Notes under the pieces: model-generated | Database searches by the model: none | What the model was told of the DNA's origin: nothing | The model's input: the letters and a program-made list of their open reading frames with translations, nothing else | Translations under genes and position numbers: made by a program | Virus record (IMG/VR): IMGVR_UViG_3300043178_000033 | Location: 1-24,038 of that record | Source of the DNA: a virus | Lineage: Duplodnaviria > Caudoviricetes | DNA: 24,038 nucleotides | Reading direction: 5' to 3' (one strand) | Shown here: positions 15,624 through 23,517 of the stretch, piece after piece | Layout: the number at the start of each line of letters is the position of its first letter | Position numbering within the stretch: position 1 is the first letter of the stretch

Positions 15624-18600
15624 CGCTCCTAGAAACACTCCAGAAGCAGTTTCCGGCCGGTTTCTTGGATTACCCGAACCCTTCGGAGAAGGATCTTCGT
15701 TGGACCTATCAGCACCATTGGCGCGGGTCCAAGAACGTTCACGGGGACATTCGGTTTGCTCAGGACGATCACTTAATCGGGTTCACTCTGGCCGTCCAGC
15801 TTCCGGGGATCGACGTTCCGGGACTGGACGAAATTGAAACCGCCTCGGTCGAACGGGCGCACAAGTACGCGCTCGGCAACCCGGAGAAGTTCAAGATTCA
15901 TCCGCGCACGGGAGACTTCGCCACGCGAAGGACGGCGGACGGGGTGGAACGGGCAACCCAAGTGCTTTCCTTCCCGAAGGCAAATCAACCCCTAGACTGG
16001 CTCACCTTCGAGGGTGTCTCACCCCCCGGCAAGGTGGGGGCAACTACGAATCTCCCGGGTGTCATCGACATTATCGACCGTGGCACCTATACGCCGGGGG
16101 CGAGGAAGGCTTCAATTTGGGAGGTCTTCATCGACGGCAAGGTGTTCAAAGGCCGGTACTTCTGGCGACCGCTGGCGCTTGGAGGGACGAGAAAGAACAT
16201 CCTGAAGGTGACCCTTCCGCCGTCGGAAGAACAGACCGTCGAAGGAGTGACGCTCGAACTGATCCGGCCGGATTCCCAACTCCCGAACGTGCTGGCGAAG
16301 TCAAGTCGGGAGGAACGTCCTTGGGTTCCTCCGCAGGGCTGGAGCGCCCTTCCCCCCGAACTGGAGCGGCGAGTCCCCAATCATCTTCGGTATTGGACCA
16401 AAGAGCGCGAGGTCGAACGCCGGAAACTCCGCGACGAACTCTTTGACCGCTGGAAGACCGAGGGGTTGATCGCGGAGCTGGAACGCGGGGAACTGGAGAA
16501 ACATCTCGGGGACGCTCACGATCAAGGCACTCATGGGCGCAGAGGGGTACCCGAACCATCGGAAAGGGAAGAGCAGGAAGGGAGTCTCAATTATGAGGCT
16601 CGCCGGGCCGAAGGGTGGGTCGAAGGCGGTGCCAGATACGCGAGTACGGAACCCCATCATGTTAGAAGCGAAAGCGGGGCTTGGAATTATGTTCAGATGC
16701 ATAATGAAAAGCGGGAAAAACTCCTGTCTCTGATTATCGACGGCGAATATCAATCGGATGACGGAAGCGTACATAAGCCGGAAGGAAGTAAAACGCTGAA
16801 AGCCAAAATAAGCGCCATTGAGAAATTTCCAAAAATTTCTGACGATCCCGGAAGGGACTATGAAGCCGCCTTCAAAGCCGGAACGGTAAAAACGTATCTT
16901 CAGCGCGACGATTCTGGAGTTGTGCAGGACGTGAGAATCTATCCCGGCGAGGAAAGCGGATTCGAGATGACATCCGATGGATGGGATGAAGTAGCGTCTA
17001 CCGAAGACGAGTGGAAGGCGGAATACTACAGCGCCGAATTAGTACGGGAGCCTAGAACCGAGAAGCATCTAGGAGGAGCCCACGATGAATCGAGTCATGG
17101 AAGAAGAAGGGGTGGGACGGTAGGCGAACGGATCAGAGAACGCCGGAATCAGTCCGCCGGATTCCGGTTGGGCGACGAAGCCAAGCGGGCCGATGATCGG
17201 GGGGAGTTCTACAAGGAAATATTCGGCAAGGATTATTTGACGAATGCCAAGGCGTCTACTGACATGATCCTCGGTTGGACCGGCGGCCCTCATACCGTGG
17301 GCGGGGTGAAGATGCGCGTGATCGCCGCAGATTTTTACGGGCGTGGCGTAGAGGACGATTACTCAGGAGCCAAGGCGCTGCTCCGGGAACGCTGGTCAAA
17401 TGGCGTTACGGACGTGGAGCGCGAATCGTTCGTGGCCGAAAAGGTGCTGTCCGAAGAGGCTTTCGAGCGCGAGCATGGAAGCTCCACCACCGTCTACAGG
17501 GGGGTCAATGTTCCCGAGGAGATCGCCGATAGAGTGAATGCCGGTGAAGAAGTCGAAGTCGGCGTGAACGTGCTGTCCTCTTGGTCCTTATCAAAAGACA
17601 TAGCGGGACAGTTCAAGCAAGTGCCCGGCTTCTTCATCGTCGAAACGGAGGCGAAGAAGGAAGACGTTTGGGGCTACTTTAAGTCCGGCTCGTTGGGGTG
17701 GAAGGGGAATGAGTCCGAACAAGAGGTGATTCTTGGCTTCCCAAAGCCGCGCCTGAAGGTCAAGCTGGAAGGGGGCCGACTTGTTGCGAAGAAACTGGCC
17801 GAAGGCCGTGGAATCCTGCTTATCATCGACGGGGACGCAACCGCTAACTGGCTCCACGAGAAGCCGTCTGAGGCGAAGCTCGTGGAAGTTGAAGAACTCC
17901 AAAAACACCTCGCCGGGGCTCACGCGGAGAAAGGCGGCCCCGGTTCGGGCAATTTCGGGCACCCGGGCCGTCCCGGCGAAGTGGGCGGCTCCGGCCCCAC
18001 CGGCGGCGGAAAGGTTCCGACCCGGACGGCGGGTGTTCATGGCCGGGTTTCGGGCGCGTTCGCCCGCGCCAAGCAGCGGCTCGAAGGCCGCATGAACCGG
18101 CCGCTTGATCCGCAGGAGTTCAAGACCGAAGGCCAGCAAACAAGACGGGAGTTGAAACGGGCCGAGGATGATATCAGGCGATTCGAGCGCGAGCATCGAA
18201 GGGACATGACGCCAGGCGAACGCAAGAAGCTGGACGAAATGAAACAGCAGTTAGCCGACACCCGGGAGAAGATTGCCCGAGCCGAAGACGAACACAAGCT
18301 CGCGTGGATCAAAGCGAAGAGGGAAGAGAAAGAGGCGCGACTCAAGGCCCGCGAAGAAGAGCGGGCGGCAAAGGCTCAGGCTCGAAAGGAAGAGCGGGAA
18401 GCGCAGGCTCAAGCTCGGTTCAACGCCCGTCAAGACCTCAAGGCTGCCAGAGAGGAACAGCGGGCAGCCGTCAGGGCTCAGAGAACTCAGGCCGCGTTGG
18501 AGCGTCGCCAGCAGCAGCTTCGAGCCGCCTTCGAGCGGCGCAATCAGCGGGAGGCTATGGCCCGTGTTCAGCGCAAAGAGCAGGAAAAGAAAGCCAAGAA

Positions 18601-20371
18601 GAACTCCCGCAACAAGCGAACCCCCTCCAAGACCAACTACGGGAGGGCAATCCTCACCGCTTTCGGGCTGGTGAACCGGACCCTCAGCCGGGCCGCCTCG
18701 ATCCTCCGGCCGGTCCGCAAGGCCGAAGAGGTCGAACCTTCAGGCCCCGAGTCCGCAAGCCTTCTGATTGTCGGGGACGGCCCGGGCGAGGCCGACGTTC
18801 AGGCGGGGGCACCCTTCGCCGGAATCTCCGGCCGGTTCCTCCGCGACGTACTGGCGAGCCTCGGGGCCGACGCGGGCAAAATCCGGTTCGATAACATCTT
18901 CCGAAACAGACGCGAGAAACTGGAGGCGGATGAAGTCGAAGAGGAAGGTCACGAAAGAGCGGTTGAAGCCTTCGAGTTGCCGGGCTCCAAGGCGGTCTTG
19001 CTGATGGGGCAGACGGCGATCAAGGGCTTCCTTGGGCGAACGGCGGGGCTTCGAGGAAAGACTCTGATCGTCACGCGGCCGGACTCCGACAAGAAGCTCG
19101 TTGTCTTTCCGACCTTCCACCCGGCCTTGATCGTCAGGACCGGCCGGAAGGGATCGAGGAACTATCGGGCGTGGATCGAACACCTGAAGCGGGCGCTACG
19201 ATTCGTGAAACTCATTCCGGGAGACTCCGGCCTGGAGTCTCAGGCGATTGAGGAAACGATAAAGCTACTGGCAAAAGGCGGCCCCGGCTCGGGCTTCTTT
19301 GGGCATGTCGGACGGCCGGGGGAAAGAGGAGGTTCCGCTCCGGCCGAAGGCGCAGCGAAGCCGTCCGAAGCCAAGAAACCAAAACCCGCTCCGTCCGAAC
19401 GTCCTCGCCGTTACGGGCTGAACCCCGACAAGGACGCCGACAGGGACGGAGTTGACGACGAATCGAGAGTGGGCGTCCCGGCCGACAAAGTTCCGCCGCC
19501 GCCCACAATCCCGAGGCTTCCCAACCTCACCGACAAGGAAAGGGAAATCGAAGACCGTTTCGCCAAAGCCTTCGAGGAAGACCCCGACGCGCTGGTGAGG
19601 GCGTACCGGGAGAAGCTCGCCAAGGGCGAGATCGGGGACGCCCCCAACATCTACAACACCGATGACGCGAAGCTCCTCTCGCCCGACTACAACCCGCAGG
19701 GCGTCTCCGAAGAGGAGTTGAAGGCGGCCCGGGCAGAGAACAACATCCTCGTTCACCAGACTGCAAATGCCGTCGCCAAGCGGGCCTTTCTGGAGCGCCT
19801 CGACGAATTGGAGAAGCTCCCGCCCGATCAAAGAACTGTGCTGGTGACGAGCGGCGGTGTCGCGGCGGGGAAGGGCTATGCTCTCGGCAAAGTGCCCCAA
19901 GCTCAGGAAATCGCCTCCAAAGTTGGAGCCGTCTGGGACGCTGCCGGGGAACAGAACGCTACCGAGAATCCTTGGATTCTCAAGGAGTGTGAGCGGCGGG
20001 GGATTCGGCCGATCTTCGCGTTCGTCCATGCCGATCCCGTAGAAACTTGGGAGAATCCCCAACGGGGGGTGATCGAAAGGGCGAACAAGAAGGGGCGAAT
20101 GGTGGACGCCGAACTCTTCGCCGATTCCTACGCCCGAGGAGCCAAGAACTTCGACGCCTTCCAGCGGAGAAATAAGGACAAGGCCGACTTCATCGTGATC
20201 GACAATCGGGGAACGCCGAAGCTGCTGGACTCCGTACCCCAAGAGGCGCTAGAATTGAGATCGGAAGCGATCCGGGACCGGGCCTTAAAAGCATTGAGCG
20301 CCAGCAAAGCGAAGCCTTACGTCAAAGCCGGGGGATCTATTGGAACGAGGGTCTTCCGTGCCGCTTCGTGA
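15620..20371 (+). CDS. 1583-aa polyvalent protein: LigD-type phosphoesterase, unknown domain, ADP-ribosyltransferase, coiled coil, UDG-like and zeta-toxin-like kinase domains
   Basis: QHHWRG..HGDIR and WLTFEG..IIDRGTY (PE); YRG / SSWS / EQE (ART); IVGDGPG..PFAG.SG..FHPA (UDG); SGGVAAGKG P-loop; domains separated by repeated tags. Confidence 0.85.
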   Translation: MTLLETLQKQFPAGFLDYPNPSEKDLRWTYQHHWRGSKNVHGDIRFAQDDHLIGFTLAVQLPGIDVPGLDEIETASVERAHKYALGNPEKFKIHPRTGDFATRRTADGVERATQVLSFPKANQPLDWLTFEGVSPPGKVGATTNLPGVIDIIDRGTYTPGARKASIWEVFIDGKVFKGRYFWRPLALGGTRKNILKVTLPPSEEQTVEGVTLELIRPDSQLPNVLAKSSREERPWVPPQGWSALPPELERRVPNHLRYWTKEREVERRKLRDELFDRWKTEGLIAELERGELEKHLGDAHDQGTHGRRGVPEPSEREEQEGSLNYEARRAEGWVEGGARYASTEPHHVRSESGAWNYVQMHNEKREKLLSLIIDGEYQSDDGSVHKPEGSKTLKAKISAIEKFPKISDDPGRDYEAAFKAGTVKTYLQRDDSGVVQDVRIYPGEESGFEMTSDGWDEVASTEDEWKAEYYSAELVREPRTEKHLGGAHDESSHGRRRGGTVGERIRERRNQSAGFRLGDEAKRADDRGEFYKEIFGKDYLTNAKASTDMILGWTGGPHTVGGVKMRVIAADFYGRGVEDDYSGAKALLRERWSNGVTDVERESFVAEKVLSEEAFEREHGSSTTVYRGVNVPEEIADRVNAGEEVEVGVNVLSSWSLSKDIAGQFKQVPGFFIVETEAKKEDVWGYFKSGSLGWKGNESEQEVILGFPKPRLKVKLEGGRLVAKKLAEGRGILLIIDGDATANWLHEKPSEAKLVEVEELQKHLAGAHAEKGGPGSGNFGHPGRPGEVGGSGPTGGGKVPTRTAGVHGRVSGAFARAKQRLEGRMNRPLDPQEFKTEGQQTRRELKRAEDDIRRFEREHRRDMTPGERKKLDEMKQQLADTREKIARAEDEHKLAWIKAKREEKEARLKAREEERAAKAQARKEEREAQAQARFNARQDLKAAREEQRAAVRAQRTQAALERRQQQLRAAFERRNQREAMARVQRKEQEKKAKKNSRNKRTPSKTNYGRAILTAFGLVNRTLSRAASILRPVRKAEEVEPSGPESASLLIVGDGPGEADVQAGAPFAGISGRFLRDVLASLGADAGKIRFDNIFRNRREKLEADEVEEEGHERAVEAFELPGSKAVLLMGQTAIKGFLGRTAGLRGKTLIVTRPDSDKKLVVFPTFHPALIVRTGRKGSRNYRAWIEHLKRALRFVKLIPGDSGLESQAIEETIKLLAKGGPGSGFFGHVGRPGERGGSAPAEGAAKPSEAKKPKPAPSERPRRYGLNPDKDADRDGVDDESRVGVPADKVPPPPTIPRLPNLTDKEREIEDRFAKAFEEDPDALVRAYREKLAKGEIGDAPNIYNTDDAKLLSPDYNPQGVSEEELKAARAENNILVHQTANAVAKRAFLERLDELEKLPPDQRTVLVTSGGVAAGKGYALGKVPQAQEIASKVGAVWDAAGEQNATENPWILKECERRGIRPIFAFVHADPVETWENPQRGVIERANKKGRMVDAELFADSYARGAKNFDAFQRRNKDKADFIVIDNRGTPKLLDSVPQEALELRSEAIRDRALKALSASKAKPYVKAGGSIGTRVFRAAS

Positions 20372-21125
20372 CGAACTGGCCCGGCTCCTGCTTCGGAATC
20401 TTTCCGAAAACCGGGAAGACCCGGACGGCTTCGACGCCGAGAAGTTCGACCGGGACCGAAAGGCGAAACCGGTTGAACTCCAGAAGCACCTAGGCGGGGC
20501 GCATGACGAGTCGAGTCATGGTCAACGCGGCCAAGCCCCGAAGGTGTCCGAACGGATCAAGCAAGTAGGCGGCGGTTTCACCTATCAGCCCGTTACCGGC
20601 CTGAGTCCGAAGACCGGCTTTGCCGTCTCCCCCTTCCGGGAAGCTGAGAGCGTCGTGGACGTGAAGGGGCTCTCCCAAGAGGAGATCGAGAAGGTCAGAA
20701 CGGTCAAGCGGATGCTTCCCGAACTCGATCAGTACGTCGAACGGCATTGGGACCGCTTCTCCGATCCGACCGTTCACGTCGGAGGCTGGCACGATTCGGA
20801 AGCCGGGAAATACTACCTTGACTTGTCGGTTGTAGTTGACAGTCAAGAGAAAGCCAGTATAATAGCTAAGGAGCACAAACAGGAGGGCGTTTATGACCTC
20901 GAAGCCGGACGAACGATCATCGTCAAGCCCGAAGAAGAGAGAAGGAAGTCCGATCTCGGGGACTCTTCTTCGCCCGAGGGACAGGAGCCCGGAGGCGAAG
21001 GAGGAACTCAAGCGGGCGCTGAGGGATCACTTCCTGAACTCGATTCGGAGCGGGAAGTAGGGAAGGGGTCGGCCGCTTCCGGCCATTGGGGACATGAGAG
21101 CGTCGAAGGTCAACACGGAGGCAGC
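17930..21125 (+). repeat. Dispersed 21-aa coding repeat KGGPGSGxxGHxGRPGExGGS, 3 copies (17930-17992, 19274-19336, divergent 21063-21125)
   Basis: KGGPGSGNFGHPGRPGEVGGS, KGGPGSGFFGHVGRPGERGGS and KGSAASGHWGHESVEGQHGGS align without gaps. Confidence 0.9.
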
Positions 21126-22184
21126 GCCCCGGGAATCGGGTCTGTCGTCGATGAACTCGGGGGACACAAGAAGTGGCTCAAGCTACGAGGGAAAAAACTG
21201 GACGATCCCGGAACTGCGAATGAAGTCCGAACTGCTATCGGCAAGCTCCGTAAGTTTCACAAGATCGTCGTATCGAAAGAACATGGAGTCGGAGAAGCCG
21301 GGGAATTGGCTGTACATCAGGCGATTGCTCAAATGCCCGCTCCGGTCCGAAGGGCGTTGAAAGATATGGGCGTCAGCGTCATCATAAAAAATAGGCAGAC
21401 GGGGGAGCCTCCCTCTTTTGAAGTCGGAGGCCAGCAGTTCGTTCAAGGCGGATCGGCCAACTACGGGACCGGAACTATCACGATCTGGAACGATCCTACT
21501 AGGGAGCCTTCGATCCAACATTCATCGGCCAGCGATCTTGCTTCCCACGAAATCGGCCATTTCGTAGTGCAGTCGATCATGGGGCGAGCGGTGGAAGAGG
21601 AGGCACGGGCCGAAAAGGCACACGAGGATCATGAGTTAATGGTGGAGAGAATAAAGAATCAGCGAAGAGACTTCAGAGCGAGAACCGGAAGGGAACCGAG
21701 TACAGGAGACGATCCCGAATTGGATCGGCTGGAAACGGCTCGGGAAAGATTGTTTGAAATCAAGGAGACGGCTCAAAAAGCAGAGATTCGAGGTCTTGTC
21801 CGCGCCTTCGGCGAAGCCACTCTCGACGAAGGCGGCGTGACAGAGTATTCCCATTCCTATGTCAAAGCTACCAAAGGTCCGTTTGAAACCCGGTCCCGGA
21901 ATGACGTTTGGGAATCGACTGATCCTGAGTTCAAGACCCTCTACCAACAGCGAAGCGGCACCGGTAGCAGAGCTTTCATTTCTCGTGCAGCGAACGAGAA
22001 CTTCGCCGAAATCGTGGCGAAAGGAATGTTTCCGGCCGGGGTAGGCGGCTCTGAGCCTATGTCCCAACGAGTGAGCATGAAACTCTTCGCTCAGAATTTT
22101 CCGAGAACCATTAAGGCGTTCAAGAGACTTTGGGCTGTCGCAAACAGGAGCGACAGAATCCCAAGCCACTTCCGAGCTGTCTGA
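20358..22184 (+). CDS. Polyvalent protein: tagged alpha/beta domain plus tagged zincin metallopeptidase
   Basis: GAGG RBS and GTG 20358; HEIGH (21546), then VTEYS and ENFAE (21996) as in lethal-factor-like zincins; tags at 20484 and 21063. Confidence 0.8.
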   Translation: MPLRDELARLLLRNLSENREDPDGFDAEKFDRDRKAKPVELQKHLGGAHDESSHGQRGQAPKVSERIKQVGGGFTYQPVTGLSPKTGFAVSPFREAESVVDVKGLSQEEIEKVRTVKRMLPELDQYVERHWDRFSDPTVHVGGWHDSEAGKYYLDLSVVVDSQEKASIIAKEHKQEGVYDLEAGRTIIVKPEEERRKSDLGDSSSPEGQEPGGEGGTQAGAEGSLPELDSEREVGKGSAASGHWGHESVEGQHGGSAPGIGSVVDELGGHKKWLKLRGKKLDDPGTANEVRTAIGKLRKFHKIVVSKEHGVGEAGELAVHQAIAQMPAPVRRALKDMGVSVIIKNRQTGEPPSFEVGGQQFVQGGSANYGTGTITIWNDPTREPSIQHSSASDLASHEIGHFVVQSIMGRAVEEEARAEKAHEDHELMVERIKNQRRDFRARTGREPSTGDDPELDRLETARERLFEIKETAQKAEIRGLVRAFGEATLDEGGVTEYSHSYVKATKGPFETRSRNDVWESTDPEFKTLYQQRSGTGSRAFISRAANENFAEIVAKGMFPAGVGGSEPMSQRVSMKLFAQNFPRTIKAFKRLWAVANRSDRIPSHFRAV

Positions 22185-22750
22185 TGCCGAAAACCGAAAC
22201 ACTCTTCTTCGACGCCGAAGGCAAGCGCGTTGACGCCAAGGACGCCGTTCGAGCCGAGCGGCACACTTACTCCGAAGAGGGGACACTGCTTCTCAGGGAA
22301 TATTTCGTCGCGGGGCCGAAGCGGGAAGTCTCCAAACAAACCGGAACCTTCGTCCTCCAACGCCGCTTCTGGCGGGTCCGGGAGGTCGTGCGTGAAGGGC
22401 CGACGAAACAGTACTGGCACCTCCGGCTCGATCTTGGGGGGCGGTTCGCCCCGGCTCTCTTGCTTGAAGGCGACCCTCTCTCCTCCAAGACCGTTCCGGG
22501 AACCTACGACCCGAAGGCTTCCCGGATCATGCTTCAGCGAACAGGCACCTTCGGCGCGGAAGAGATCGACGATCCCAAGCCGGAGAAGGTCGGAGAAGTC
22601 ACGATTGAGGAGTTGGACCGAGGCTCACTCCAGTTGGAAGAGGATGGCCCCGAAAAGAAGATTATCAAGCTGGCCGGGCAAAGGCTTTCTGGTCGGTTCG
22701 CCGTGCAAAACGAAGGCGGCGGGATTTGGAGTTTGACCCGGCTCGGGTAG
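22184..22750 (+). CDS. Protein with a degenerate LigD phosphoesterase-like domain
   Basis: TGATG overlap; FVLQ...WHLRLD...ELDRG...LAGQRLSGRF...W matches the PE barrel pattern without the metal-binding His/Asp set. Confidence 0.65.
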   Translation: MPKTETLFFDAEGKRVDAKDAVRAERHTYSEEGTLLLREYFVAGPKREVSKQTGTFVLQRRFWRVREVVREGPTKQYWHLRLDLGGRFAPALLLEGDPLSSKTVPGTYDPKASRIMLQRTGTFGAEEIDDPKPEKVGEVTIEELDRGSLQLEEDGPEKKIIKLAGQRLSGRFAVQNEGGGIWSLTRLG

Positions 22751-22768
22751 GCCGGGTCGTCTAGTACG
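22741..22768 (+). promoter_or_regulatory. Candidate late promoter GCTC-N13-CGTCTAGTACG, copy 1
   Basis: Same motif and spacing recur at 23518-23545; both lie 5-7 nt before ATGs that lack an SD. Confidence 0.55.
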
Positions 22769-22773
22769 AGTTG

Positions 22774-23508
22774 ATGAAACATCCCTCCGAACTCTGGGCT
22801 CTCCGAAGGAAGCATCTAGGAGGAGGCCACGACGAATCGAGTCATGGACGAAGAGGCGAAAAATTACCCGAAATCCATTCGCTGAACGGTAGGAGAATTT
22901 TTGGACGAGGAGCGATTAGAGTGGGGGGCAAGCGGTACGGTTATTATATCGGGAGGGCTTTCGACAAACGCAATTATACGTTTGATAGGGACGGAGAGAT
23001 ATGGTCATCTTCAAAACGAAGAGCTTTTGAAGAAGCTCGAAAGGTTGATCGGCTGATGGAGCTGGGCGAAAAGACCCCCGAGTCGAAAAACGTCAGGAAG
23101 TTCATCCCCTTCGTCCACCGCGAAGAGCAAACGATCACCAAGCAGGACGGCACCCAAGAGCGCCGCCGTCTGATCTATGGCGTTGTTTACGAGCCTTTCA
23201 CTGTAGACGCCCAAGGGGATTGGGCAACCCCCGAAACCATCGAGGAAGCCGCGCACAAGTTCCTGATGGAGTCGCGCAAAATGCGAGTCATGCACAAGGT
23301 CAGCGCAGATCGGATCATTCCCGTCGAATCTTTTATCGCCCCGCAAGACTTCCAGCTCGGCCGAACTCTGGTCCGCAAAGGATCGTGGGTTCTCGTCTCC
23401 AAAGTCCTCGATGAAGAGATTTGGAAGGCCGTCGAGTCCGGCCAACTGAGGGGCTACTCCCTTGGTGGGCGCTCCAGCGTTCGCAACGGCGAAGCTCCTC
23501 CGCGCTGA
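22774..23508 (+). CDS. XkdF-like prohead serine protease with N-terminal tag and insert
   Basis: LIYGVVYEP..VDAQGD..IEEAAHKF, VMH, PVES, KGSWV and GQLRGYSLGG motifs; KHLGGGHDESSHG at 22810. Confidence 0.88.
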   Translation: MKHPSELWALRRKHLGGGHDESSHGRRGEKLPEIHSLNGRRIFGRGAIRVGGKRYGYYIGRAFDKRNYTFDRDGEIWSSSKRRAFEEARKVDRLMELGEKTPESKNVRKFIPFVHREEQTITKQDGTQERRRLIYGVVYEPFTVDAQGDWATPETIEEAAHKFLMESRKMRVMHKVSADRIIPVESFIAPQDFQLGRTLVRKGSWVLVSKVLDEEIWKAVESGQLRGYSLGGRSSVRNGEAPPR

Positions 23509-23517
23509 TTAGGCCAC

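Larger units (their letters stand above)
15201..22848 (+). repeat. Dispersed 39-bp coding repeat KHLGGAHDESSHG, 6 copies (15201, 16499, 17063, 17903 partial, 20484, 22810)
   Basis: Read directly from DNA and protein; copies at 17063 and 22810 are 37/39 nt identical. Confidence 0.95.

Noticed and set aside
8475-20242. Long minus-strand ORFs (8475-9326, 13628-14569, 19265-20242 and similar)
   Set aside because: Antisense shadows of motif-supported GC-rich genes.
15201-22848. The 39-bp repeats as a CRISPR array
   Set aside because: Spacing is hundreds to thousands of bp, copies are in frame and vary synonymously, and no cas genes are present.
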